DNA of 64,000 nt, from NCBI RefSeq assembly GCF_009914755.1, contig NC_060932.1. One strand, written 5' to 3'. Source of the stretch: the human T2T-CHM13v2.0 reference genome, Homo sapiens. This document shows, in pieces, positions 42,801 to 59,700 of this stretch (position 1 is the first letter of the stretch; every line of letters starts with the position of its first letter). The notes below the pieces were generated by a model. It was not told the DNA's origin and did no database searches. It worked only from the letters and a program-made list of their open reading frames with translations. Made by a program: the position numbers and the translations under genes.

Positions 42801-45243
42801 TGTTTGCGTTCATCTCACAGAGTTGAACCTTTCTTTTGTTTGAGCAATTAGGACACACTCTTTTTTAGAATCTGCAAGTGAACATTTGGAGGGCTTTGTG
42901 GCCCATGGTAGAAAATGGAACATCTTCACATAAAATCTAGACAGAAGCAATCTGAGAAACTTCTTTGTGATGTATGCATTCATCTCACAGAGTTAAACAT
43001 TTCTTTTGATTGGGCAGTTTTCAAACTCTCTTTTTGTAGAATCTACAAGTGGACATTTGGAGTGCTTTGAAGCCTATGGTCGAAAATGAAATAGCTTCAC
43101 ATAAAAACTAGACAGAAGAATTCTGGGAAACTTCTTTGTGATGTGTGTGTTCAACTCACAGAGTTGAACCTTTCTTTTGATTGAGCAGTTTGGAAACACT
43201 CTTTTTGTAGAATCTAAAAGTGGACATTTGGAGTGCTTTGGGGCCTATTGTAGAAAAGAAAATATCTTCAAATAAAATCTAGACAGACGCAATCTGAGAA
43301 ACTTATTTGTGATGTGTGCATTCATCTCACAGAGTTAAAACTCTCTTTTGATTGAACAGTTTTGAAACTCTCTTTTGTAAAATATGCAAGTGGAGATTTG
43401 GAGTACTTTGGGGCCAATGGTGGAAAAGGAAATATCTTCACATAAAAACTTGATAGAATAATTCTGGGAAACTTCTTGGTGATGTGTGCGTTCATCTCAG
43501 AGAGTTGAACTATTCTTTTGATTCAGCCGTTTGGAAACACTGTTTTTGAAGAATCTGCATGTTGACTTTTGGAGTGCTTTGAAGCCTACGGTGGAAAAAG
43601 AAATATCTTCACATAAAATTTAGACAGAAGAAATCTGAAAAACTTCTTTGTGATTTGTGCATTCATCTCGCAGAGTTAAAACTTTCTTTTGATTGAGGAG
43701 TTTTGAAACTCTCTTTTTGTAGAATTTTCAAGTGGACATTTGGAGCACTTTGAGGCCCATGGTGGAAAAGGAAATATCTTCACATAAAAACTAGACAGAA
43801 GAATTCTGAGAAACTACATTGTGATGTGTGTGTTCATCCCAAAGAGTTGAACCTTTCTTTTGACTGAGCAGTTTGGAAACACTCCTTTTGTAGAATTGGC
43901 AAGTGGACATTTGGGGCGCTTTGTGACCTGTGGTACAAAAGGAGATATCTTCCCATAAAATCTAGACAGAAGCAATCTGAGAAACTACTTTGTGATGTGT
44001 GCATTCATCTGACAGAGTTAAACCTTTCTTTCATTAGAGTAGTTTTGAAACTCCCTTTTTTAGAATCTGAAAATGGACATTGGGAGCCCTTTGCGGCCTA
44101 TTTTCAAAAGGAAATACCTTCATATAAAAACTTGATAGAAGCATTCTGAAAAACTTCTTTGTGATGTGTGCGTTCATCTTACTTAGTTGAACCTGTTTTT
44201 TGAAGGATCAGTTTTGAAATACTCTTTGTAGAATCTGAAAGTGGACACTTGAAGCACCTGGAGCCCTATGGTGGAAAAGGAAATATCTTCACATAAAAAC
44301 TAGACAGAAGAATTCTTAGAAACGTCTTTGTAATGTGTGCGTTCATCTCACAGAACTGAACCTTTCTTTTGATTGAGCAGTTTGTAAACACTGTTTTTGT
44401 AGAATCTGAAAGTGGATATTTGGAGCCCTTTAAGGTGTATGGTAGAAAAGTAAATATCTTCACATAAAAACTAGAAAGAAGAATTCTGAGAAAATACTTT
44501 GTGGTGCCTGGGTTCATCTCACAGAGTTGAACCTTTCTTTTGATTGAGCAGTATGGAAACACTCTTTTTGTAGAATCTAAAAGTGGACATTTGGAGCGCT
44601 TTGCTGCCTATTGTAGAAAAGGAAATTTCACATAAAATCTAGACAGAAGCAATCTGATAAACTTCTTTGTGATGTGTGCATTCATCTCACACAGTTAAAG
44701 CTTTCTTTTGATACAGCAGTTTTGAAACTCTCTTTTTGTAGAATCTGCAAGTGCACATTTGGAGCGCTTTGAGGCCTTTGGTGGGAAAGGTAATATCTTC
44801 ACATAAAAATTAGAAGAATTCTGACAAACTTCTTTGTGATGTGTGCGTTCATCTCACAGAGTTGAACCTTTCTTTTGATTGAGCAGTTTGGAAACACTCT
44901 TTTTGTAGAATCTGCAAGTGGACTTCTGGAGCGTTTTTCAGCCTATTCGTAGAAAAGGAAATATCTTCACATAAAATCTAGACAGAAACATTCTTTTTTT
45001 TTTTATTTTGCCTCGTTTTATTTTTTTATTTTTTTATTTTTATACTTTAAGTTTTAGGGAACATGTGCACAATATGCAGATTACTTACATATGTATACAT
45101 GTGCCATGCTGGTGCACTGCATGCACTAACTCGTCATCTAGCATTAGGTATATCTCCTAATGCTATCCCTCCCCCCTCCCCCCGCCCCACAACAGTCCCC
45201 AGGGTGTGATGTTCCCCTTCCTGTGTCCATGTGTTCTCATTGT

Positions 45244-49058
<3,815 letters not shown>

Positions 49059-49121
49059 TATGATGTTAGCTGGTTATTTTGCTCATTAGTTGATGCAGTT
49101 TCTTCCTAGTCTCTATGGTCT

Positions 49122-50133
49122 TTACATTTTGGCATGATTTTGCAGCAGCTGGTACTGATTGTTTCTTTCCATGTTTAGTGCTTCCTTCAGGAGCTCTTTT
49201 AGGGCAGACCTGGTGGTGACAAAATCTCTCAGCATTTGCTTGTCTGTAAAGGATTTTATTTCTCCTTCACTTATGAAGCTTATTTTGGCTGGATATGAAA
49301 TTCTGGGTTGAAAATTCTTTTCTTTAAGAATGTTGAATATTGGCCCCCACTCTCTTCTGCCTTGTAGAGTTTCTGCCGAGAGATCCACTGTTAGTCTGAT
49401 GAGCTTCCCTTTGTGGGTAACCCAACCTTTCTCTCTGGCTGCCCTTAACATTTTTTCCTTCATTTCAACTTTGGTGAATCCGACAATTATGTGTCTTGGA
49501 GTTGCTCATCTCAAAGAGTATCTTTGTGGCATTCTCTGTATTTCCTGAATCTGAATGTTGGCCTGCCTTGCTAGGTTGGGGAAGTTCTCCTGGATAATAT
49601 CCTGCAGTGCTTTCCAGCTTGGTTCCATTCTCCCCGTTACTTTCAGGTACACCAATCAGAAGTAGATTTTGTCTTTTCACATAGTCCCATATTTCTTGGA
49701 GGCTTTGTTCGTTTCTTTTTATTCTTTTTTCTCTAAACTTCCCTTCTCTCTTCATTTCATTCATTTCATCTTCCATCACTGATATGCTTTCTTCTAGTTG
49801 GTTGCTTTGTTTCCTGAGGCTTCTGCATTCTTCACGTAGTTCTTGAGCCTTGGCTTTCAGCTCCAACAGCTGCTTTAAGCACTTCTTTGCATTGGTTAGT
49901 CTAGTTATACATTCGTCTAATTTTTTTTCAAAGTTTTTAATTTCTTTGCCTTTGGTTTTAATTTCCTCCTGTAGCTCGTAGTTTGATCGTCTGAAGCCTT
50001 CTTCTCTCAACTCATCAAAGTCATTCTCCATCCAGCTTTGTTCCATTGCTGTTGAGGAACTGTGTTCCTTTGGAGGAGGAGAAGTGCTCTTCTTTTCAGA
50101 GTTTCCAGTATTTCAGCTCTGTTTTTTCCCCAT
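49122..50133 (-). pseudogene. L1 ORF1, disrupted
   Basis: ATG at 50133 reads MGKKQS then stop. Coiled-coil fragment in 49465-50046 and C-terminal fragment ...NHAKM ending at 49122; frameshift present. Confidence 0.92.
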
Positions 50134-50262
50134 CTTTGTGGTTTTATCTACTTTTGATCTTTGATGATGGTGATGTACGGATGGGTTTTTGGTGTGGATG
50201 TCCTTTCTGTTTGTTTGTTTTCCTTCTAACGGACAGGAACCTCAGCTGCAGGTCTGTTGGAG

Positions 50263-50390
50263 TTTGCTAGAGGTCCACTCCAGACCCTGTTTGCCTGGAT
50301 ATCAGCAATGGTGCTTGCAGAACAGCAGTTTTTTGTGAACCATGAATGCTGCAGTCTGATCATTCCTCTGGAGGTTTTGTCTCAGAGGAG
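50263..50390 (-). promoter_or_regulatory. ~129-bp L1PA3/4 5'UTR segment containing the ZNF93 binding region
   Basis: Lies between two ggagt repeats (50259 and 50387). Younger L1s join ggtctgttgga directly to taccc.gccgtgtgag. Confidence 0.75.
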
Positions 50391-50716
50391 TACCTGGCCG
50401 TGTGAAGTGTCAGTCTGCCCCTACTTGGGGGTGCCTCCCAGTTAGGCTGCTCAGAGTTCAGGGGTCAGGGACCCACTTGAGGAGGCAGTCTGCACATTCT
50501 CATATCTCCAGGTGCAGGCTGGGAGAACCACTGCTCTCTTCAAATCTGTCAGACAGGGACATTTAAGTCTGCAGAGGTTACTGCTGTCTTTTTGTTTGTC
50601 TATGCCCTGCCACCAGAGGTGGAGCCTACAGAGGCAGACAGGCCTCCTTGAGCTGTGGTGGGCTCCAACCAGTTCGAGCTTCCCAGCTGCTTTGTTTACC
50701 TAAGCAAGCCTGGGCA

Positions 50717-50791
50717 ATGGCGGGCACCCCACCCCCAGCCTTACTGCCACCTTGCAGTTTGAACCCAGACTGCTGTGCTAGCGATCAGTGA
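50717..50791 (+). pseudogene. L1 ORF0 remnant, truncated
   Basis: MAGTPPPALLPPCSLNPDCCASDQ then TGA (CGA>TGA), antisense within the 5'UTR. Confidence 0.7.
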
Positions 50792-53760
50792 GACTTCGTG
50801 GGCATAGGGCCCTCAGAGTCATGTGCGGGATATAATCTCTTGGTGTGCCGTTTTTTAAACCCGTCGGATTTTCCAGGTGCCGTCTCTCACCCCTTACTTT
50901 CACTAGGAAAGGAACTACCTGACCCGTTGCACTTCCTGAGTGAAGCAATGCCTCGCCCTGCTTCAGCTCGCACACGGTGCGCTGCAACCACTGACCTGCG
51001 CCCATTGTCTGGCAGTCCCTAGTGAGATGAACCTGGTACCTCAGATAGAAATGCAGAAATCACCCGTCTTCTGCTTCACTCACGCTGGGAGCTGTAGACT
51101 GGAGCTCTTCCTATGTGGCCATCTTGGCTCCTCCCCCTTAGATAGAAGCATTCTGAGAAACTTCTTTTCATGTGTGCATTCATCTTACAGAGTTCAACCT
51201 TTATTTTGATTGAGGAGTTTTGAAACACTCTTTTTGTAGAATCTGCAAGTGGACATTTGGATCGCTTTGAGGCCTATGGTGGAAAAGGATATATCTTCAC
51301 ATAAAAACTAGATAGAAGAATTCTGACAAACTTCTTTGGAGATGTGTGCATTCATCTCACAGAGTTGAAGCTTTCTTTGGATTGAGCAGTTTGGAAAAAC
51401 TCTTTTTGTAGAATATGCAAGTGTACATATGGAGCACTTTGTGGCCAATGGTGGAAAAGGAAATATTGTCACATAAAATCTAGACAGAAGCAAACTGAGA
51501 AACTTCTCTGTGATGTGTGCATTCATCTCACAGAATTGAACCTTACTTTGATTGAGCAGTTTGGAAACACTCTTTTTGTAGAATATGCAAGTGGACATTT
51601 GGAGCACTTTGTGGCCTATGGTAGAAAAGGAAATATATTCACAGAAAATCTAGACAGAAGCAATCTGAGAAATATCTTTGTGATGTTGCATTCATCTCAC
51701 AGAGTTAAACCTTTCTTTTGATTGAGCAGTTTTGAGACTCTCTTTTTGTAGAATCTGTAAGTGGATATTTGGAGCGCTTTGAGGCCTATGGTGGAAAAGG
51801 AAATATCTTCACATAAAAACTAGACAGAAGAATTCTGAGAAACTTCTTTGTGATGCATGCATTCATCTCACAGAGTTGAAACTTTCTTTCAATTTAGCAG
51901 TATGGAAACACTCTTTTTGAAGAATCTAAAAGTGTACTTTTTGGAGCAGTTTGTGGCCTATTGTAGAAAAGGAAATGTCTTCACATAAAATCTAGACAGA
52001 AACAATCTGAGAAACTTCTTTGTGATGTGTGCATTCATCTCACAGAGTCAAACCTTCCTTTTGATAGAGCAGTTTTGAAACTCTCTTTCTTTGGAATCTG
52101 CAAGTGAACACTTGGAGTGCTTTGAGGCCTCTGGTGGGAAAGGTAATATCTTCACATAAAAATTAGAAGAATTATGAGAAATTTCTTTGTGATGTGTGCA
52201 TTCATCTGACAGAGTTGAACTTTTCTTTTGATTGAGCAGTTTGGAAACACTCTTTTTGTAGAATCTGCAAGTGGACATTTGGATCGCTTTTTGGCCAATG
52301 GTAGAAAAGGAAATATCTTCACATAAAATCTAGACAGAAGCAATCTGAGAAACTTCTTTGTGATATGTGTATTCACCCCACAGAGTTAAACCTTTCTTTT
52401 GATTGTGCAGTTTTGAAACACTCTTTTTGTTGAATCTGCAAGTGGATATTTGGAGGGATTTGGGGCCTGTGGTGGAAAAGGAAATATCTTCACATAAAAA
52501 GTAGACAGAAGAATTCTGAGAAACATCTTTGTGATGCGTGCATTCATCTCACAGATTTGAAACTTTTTTTTGATTGCACAGTATGGAAACACTCTTTTTG
52601 TAGAATCTTAAAGTGTACATTTGGAGTGCTTTGTGGCCTATTGTAGAAAAGGAAATATCTTCACATAAAATCTAGACAGAAGCAGCCTGAGAAACTTCTT
52701 TGTGATGTATGCTTCATCTCAGAGTCAAACCTTCCTTTTGATAGGACAGTTTTGTAAGTCTCTTTTTTTAGAATCTGCAAGTGGACATTTGGAGCACTTT
52801 GAGGCCTGTGGTGGGAAAGGAAGTATTTTCACATAAAAGTCAGACAGAAGAATTCTGACAAACTTCTTTGTGATGTGTACATTCATCTCACAGAGTTGAA
52901 CTTTTCTTTTGATTGAGCAGTTTGGAAACACTCTTTTTGTAGAATCTGCAAGTGGACATATGATGTGCTTTGCAGCCTATGTAGAAAAGGATATATCTTC
53001 ACATAAAATCTCGAAAGAAACAGTGAAACTTCTCTGTGATGTGTGCATTCATCTCCCAGTGTTAAAAGTTTCTTCTGATTGAGCAGTTCTGAAACTCTCT
53101 TTTTGTAGAATCTGCAAGTAGACACTTGGAGCACTTTGAGGCCAATGGTGGAAAAGGAAATATCTTCACATAAAAACTAGATTGAAGCATTCTCAGAAAC
53201 TTCTTTGTGATGTGAGCAAGGATCTCCCAGAGTTGAATGTTTCTTTTGATGGACCAGTTTTGAAATACTCTTTTTGGAGAATCTGCAAGTGGACATTTCA
53301 TGCGCCTTCAGGCCAATGGTAGAAAAGGCAATATCTTCTCATAAAAACTTAACAGAAGAATTCTGGGAAACTTCTTTGAGAAGTGTGCGTTCATCATACT
53401 GAGTTGAATCTTTCTTTTGATTGAGCAGTTTTGAAACACTCTTTTTGTAGAATCTGCAACTGGATATTTGGAGCACTTTTTGGCCTTTGGTAGAAAAGTA
53501 AATAACTTCACATAAAATCTAGACAGAAGCCATCTGAAAAAATTCATTATGATGTGTAGATTCATCTCACATAGTTAAACCTTTCTTTTGATTGAGCAGT
53601 TTCGATACTCTCCTTTTGTAGAATCTGGAAGCAGAAATTGAGAAACTTCTATGTGATGTGTGCATTCATCTCACAGAGTTAAACCTTTGCTTTGATTGAG
53701 GAGTTTTGAAACTCTCTTTTTGTAGAATCTGCAAGTGGATATTTGGAGCACTTTGAGGCC

Positions 53761-56700
53761 TATGTTGGAAAAAGAAATATCTTCCCATTAAAACTATACA
53801 GAAGCATTCTCAGAAACTTCCTTATGATGTGTGCATTCAGCTCACAGAGTTGAACCTTTCTTTTGATAGAGCAGTTTTGAAACAAACTTTTTGTTTGTTC
53901 CACCACAGGTCTATGGTGGAAAAGAATGTATCTTCATATAAAAACTAGACAGAAGCATTCTTTGAAACTTCTTTATGATTTGTGCATTCAACTCACAGAG
54001 TTGAACCTTTCTTTTTGTAGAGCAGGTTTGAAACAAACTTTTTGTAGAATCTGCAAGTGGATATTTGGAGCGCTTTGAGCCCTGTGGTAGAAAAGGAAAT
54101 ACCCTCACATAAAAACTAGACTAAACATTCTCAGAAACTTCTTTGTGATGTGTGCATTCAACTCACAGAGTTGAACCTTTCTCTTCATAGAGCAGTTTTG
54201 AAACACTCTTTTTGTAGTATCTGAAAGAGGATATTTGGAGGGCTTTGTGGCCCATGTAGGAAAAGGAAATATCTTCACATAAAAACTAGACAGAAGTATT
54301 CTGAAAAACTTCTTTGTGATTGGGCATTCAACTCACAGAGTTGAAGTTCTCTTTTGATTGAGCAGATTGGAAACACTCTTTTAGTAGTATCTGCAAATGG
54401 ATATTTGGAGCGCTTTGAGGCCTATTGCTGAAAAAGAAACATCTTCACATAAAAATCACACAGAAGCATTCTGAGAAACTTCTCCATGATGTGTACATTC
54501 ATCTTACAGAAATGAAACTTTCTTTTGATTGAGGAGTTTGAAAACAGTCTTTTTGTATTATCTGCAAGTGGATATTTGCAGTGCTTTGAGGCCTTTAGCT
54601 GAAAATTATATATATACCCATAAAAACTAGACCAAAGCATTCTCAGAAACTTATTTGTGATCTGTGCATTCATCTCACCGAGTTGAAATTTTCTTTTGAT
54701 TGAGAAGTTTTGAAACACACTTTTTGTAGAATCTGCAAGTGGATATTTGGAGTACTTCATGGTCTATGGTGTAAAAAAAATATATTCACATAAACACTAG
54801 ACAGGAGCATTCTCAGAAACTTCTTTGTGATGGGTGCATTCAACTCACAGAGTTGAACCTAACTTTTGATTGTGCAGTATGGAAACAATATTTTTGTAGA
54901 ATCTGCAAGGGGATATATGGAGCACTTTGGGGCCTATGGTGGAAAATGAAATATGTTCCCAAAAAAATTAGACAGAAGCATTCTCATAAACTACTTCATG
55001 ACGTGTACATTCAACTCAGAGTTGAACCTTTCTTTTGACTGAACAGATTTGAAACACTCCTCTTGTAGGGTCTGCAACTGGATATTTGTAGCACTTTGAG
55101 GCCTGTGGTGGAAAAGGAAATGTTTTCTCATAAAAATTCGACAGAAGCATTATCAAAAACTTCTTTGTGATGTGTGCATTCAACTAATAGAGTGGAACCT
55201 TTCTTCTGATTGAGAAGTTTGCAAACACTCTTTTTGTAGTATCTGCAAATGGATATTTGGAGAGCTTTGAGGCATATAGCTAAAAAAGAAATATCTTCCC
55301 ATAAAAACTGGACAGAAGCATTCTGAGAAACTTCATTGTGATGTGTGCATTCATCTCACAGATTTGAACCCTTCTTTTGATAAAGCAAGTTTGAAACAGT
55401 CTTTTTGTAGAATCTGCAAGTGGATACTTGGAGCGCTTTGAGGCCTACCATTTAAAAGGAAATATCTTCACATAAAAACTGGACAGAAGCGTGCTCAGAA
55501 ACTACTTGGTGATATGTGCATTCAACTCACAGAGTTGACCCTTTCTTTTGATTGAGCAGTTTTGAAACACTGTTTTTTGTAATCCGCAAGTGGATCTTTG
55601 TAGGGATTTGAGGCTTATGGTCGAAAAGGAAATATCTTCACATCAAAACTAGACAGAAGCATTCTGAGAAACTTCTTTGTGGTGTTTGCCTTCGTCTCAC
55701 AGAGTTGAAACTTTCTTTTGATTAAGCAGTTATGAACACTTTCTTCGTAGAAACTGCATTTGGATATTTGGAGTGCTTTGAGGTCTATGGTGGAAAAGGA
55801 AGCATCTTCACATAAATACTAGACAGAAGCATTCTCAGAAACTTCTTTTTGATGTGTGCATTAATCTCACAGAGTCAAACCTTTCTTTTGAAAGCAGTTT
55901 CAATGCACTGTTTTTGTAGAATCTGCAAGTGCGTATATGGAGTGCTTTGAGACCTAAGGTGGAAAAGGAACTATCTTCACATAAAAACTAGACAGAAATT
56001 TTCTCAGAAACTTCTTTGTGATGAGTGCCTTCAACTCAAACAGTTGATCCTTTCTTTTGATAGAGCAGTTTTGAGAAACTTTTTGTAGAATCTGCAAGCA
56101 GATATTCAGAGCGCTTTGATACCTGTGGTGGAAAAGTAATATCTTCACATAAAAAATAGACAGAAGCATTCTCAGAAACTTCTGTGTGATGTGTGCATTC
56201 ATCTCACAGGGTTGAACGTTTTTGTTTTTTTTTTTGGTAGAGCAGTTTTGCGACACTCCGTTTTAAAATCTGCAATGGATATTTGGAGTGCTTTGAGGTC
56301 TTTGGTGGAAAAGGAAATATCTTCAAATAAAAACTAGAAAGAAGCATTCTGAGAATATTCTTTGTGATGTGAGCATTCATCTCAGAGAGTTGAACCTTTC
56401 TTTTATTGAGCAGTTTTGAAACACTCTTTTTGCAGATTCTGCAAATGGATATTTGGAGCTTTGTGAGGCCTATGTTGGAAAAGGAAATATCTTCACATAA
56501 AAACTAGACAGAAGCATTTTCAGAAACTTCTTTGTGGTGTGTGTATTCAACTCACAGAGTTGAACCTTTTTTTGATAGAGCAGTCTTGAAGAACTCTTTT
56601 TGTAGAATCTGCAAGTGAATATTTGGAGCGCTTTGAAGCCTATGGTAGAAAAGGTAATATCTTCACATAAAAACTAGACAGAAGCATTCTCAGAAACTTC

Positions 56701-59700
56701 CTTGTGATGTGTGCATTGAACTCACAGTGTTCAATATCTCTTTTAAGAGAGCAGTTTTAAAACACTCTTTTTGTAGTTTCTACAAATGGATATTTTGAGT
56801 GCCTTGAGGCCTATGGTGGAAAAGGAAATATCTTCCCATGAAAACTAGATGGAATCATTCACTGAAATTTTTTTTGTTATGTGTTCATTTAACTCACAGA
56901 GTTGGACTTGTCTTTTGAAAGAGCAGTTCTGAAACACTCTTTTTGTAGAATCCGTAATGTGATATTTGGAGTGCTTTGAGGCCTATGGTGGAAAAGGAAA
57001 TATCTTCCCACGAAAACTAGACGGAAGCATTCAGTGAAACTTTTTTGTTATGTGTTCATTTAACTCACAGAGTTGGACTTTTCTTTTGAAAGAGCGGTTT
57101 TGAAACACTCTTTTTGTAGAATCTGTAACGTGATATTTGGAGTGCTTTGAGGCCTATGGTGGAAAAGGAAATATCTTCAAATAAAAACTAGACAGAAGCA
57201 TTCTGAGAAACTTCTTTGTGATGTGTGCATTCAACTGACAGAATTGAACCTTTCTTTTGGTTGAGCATTTTGGAAACAATATTTTTGTAGTATCTGCAAA
57301 GGGATATTTGGAGCACTTTGAAGCCTATAGCTGAAAAAGAAATATCTTCACATAAAAACTAAACAGAAGAATTATCAGAAACTTCTTTGTAATGTGTGCA
57401 TTCAACTCACAGAGTTGATCCTTTCTTTTGACTGAGCAGTTTTGAAACACTCTTTTTGTAGAGTATGCAAGGAGATATTTGGAGCACCTTGAGGCCTATG
57501 GTGGAAAAGGAAATATTTTCACATAAAAACTGGACAGAAACATTCTCAGAAATTTCTTTGTGATGTGTGGATTCAACTCACAGAATTGAACATTTCTTTT
57601 GATTGAGCAGTTTTGAAACACTCTTTTTCTAGAATCTGCAAGTGGATATTTAGAGCGCTTTGTTGCCTATGGTGGAATTGTAAATATCTTCAAATAAAAG
57701 CTAGACAGAAGCATTCTCAGAAACTTCTTTATGATGTGTGCATTCAACTCACACAGTTGAAGTTTTCTTTTGATAGGGTAACTTTGAAACACTCTTTTCG
57801 TAGGATCTGCAAGTGGATATTTGGAGCGCTTTGAGACCTATGGTGGAAAAGGAAATATCTTCATATAAAAACTAGACAGAAGCATTGTCATAAACTTCTT
57901 TGTGATATGTCCATTCAACAAACAGAGATGAACATTTCTTTTGATAGAGCAGTTTTGAAACACTCTTTTTGTAGGATCTGTAAGTGGATATTTTTAGCGC
58001 TTTGAGGCCTAAGGTGGAAAAGGAAATATCTTCCAATAAAAACTGGACAGAAGCATTCTCAGAAACTTCTTTGTGATGTTTGTATTCACCTCACAGAGTT
58101 GAAGCTTTCTTTTGATTGAGCAGTTTGGAAACACTCTTTTTGTAGTAACTACAAATGCATATTTCGAGTGCTTTGAGGTCTACAGCTGAAAAGGAAATAT
58201 CTTCACATAAAAACTACACAGAAGCATTCTGAGAAACTTCTTTGTGAAGTCTGCATTCATCTCACAGAGATAAAACTTTCTTTTGGTTGAGCAGTTTTGA
58301 AACACTTTTTTCGTAGAATCTGCAAGTGGATATTTGGAGCACTTTGAGGCCTATGGTGGAAAAGGAAATATTCTCACATAAAAACTAGACAGAAGCATTC
58401 TCAGAAAGTCCTTTTTGATGTGTGCATTCAACTCACAGAGTCGAACCTTTCTTTTGATAGAGCAGTTTCAATACACTGTTTTTGTAGAATCTACAAGTAC
58501 ATATTTGGAGCACTTTGAGACCTAAGGTGGAAAAGGAACTATCTTCACATAAAAACTCGACAGAAGTTTTCTCAGAAACTTCTTTGTGATGAGTGCACTC
58601 AACTCAAAACAGTTGAACCTTTCTTTTGATAGAGCAGTTTTGAGAAACTTTTTGTAGAATCTGCAAGCAGATATTCAGAGGGCTTTAATGTCTATAGAGG
58701 AAAAGGTAATATCTTCACATAAAATATAGACAGAAGCATTCTCAGAAACTTATGTGTGATTTGTGCATTCAACTCACAGAGTTGAAAGTTTCTTTTGATA
58801 GAGCAGTTTTGAGACACTCTTTTTTAAAATCTGCAAGTGGATATTTGGAGCGCTTTGAGGTCTTTGGTGGAACAGGAAATATCTTCACATAAAAACTAGA
58901 AAGAAGCATTCTGAGAAAATTATTTGTGATGTGAGCATTCATCTCACAGAGTTGAACCGTTCTTTTATTGAGCAGTTTTGAAACACTCTTTCCATAGATT
59001 CTTCAAGTGGATATGCGGAGCACTTTGAGGCCTATGGTGGAAAAGGAAATATCTTCACAGAAAAACTAGACAGAAGCATTCTCAGAAACTTCTTTGTGGC
59101 GTGTGAATTCAACTCACAGAATTGAACGTTTCTTTTGATAGAGCAGTCTTGAAACACTTTTTTTGTGGAATCTGCAAGTGAATATTTGGAGCGCTTTGAG
59201 GCCTATGGTGGGAAAGGAAATATCTTCACATAAAAACTAGACAGAAGCATTTTCAGAAACTTCCTTGTGATGTTTACATTCAACTCACAGTGTTGAAAAT
59301 TTCTTTTGAGAGAGCAGTTTTGAAACACTCTTTTTGTAGAATCTGCAAATGGATATTTGGAGTGCTTTGAGGCCTATGGTGGAAAAAGAAATATCTTCCC
59401 ACAAAAACTAGACCGAAGCAATTCACTGAAACTTTTTTGCTATGTGTGCATTTAACTCACAGAGTTGGACTTTTCTTTTGAAAGAGCAGTTTTGAAACAC
59501 TCTTTTTGTAGAGTCTGCAAGTTGATATTTGGAGCACTTTGAGACATCAGGTAGAAAAGGAAATATCTTCAAATAAAACCTAGACAGAAGCATTCTCAGA
59601 AACTACTTTATGATGTGTGCATTCAACACACAGAGTTGAAGTTTTCTTTTGATAGAGCAGCTTTAAAACAGTATTTTTGTAGAATCTGCAAGTGGATATT

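Larger units (their letters stand above)
50134..51137 (-). promoter_or_regulatory. L1 5'UTR internal promoter (sense toward the HOR array; antisense promoter outward)
   Basis: ~1004 bp. YY1 core CAAGATGGCC at 51117-51126; CpG-depleted; ~31-bp deletion at ~50868. Activity is not demonstrated. Confidence 0.8.
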
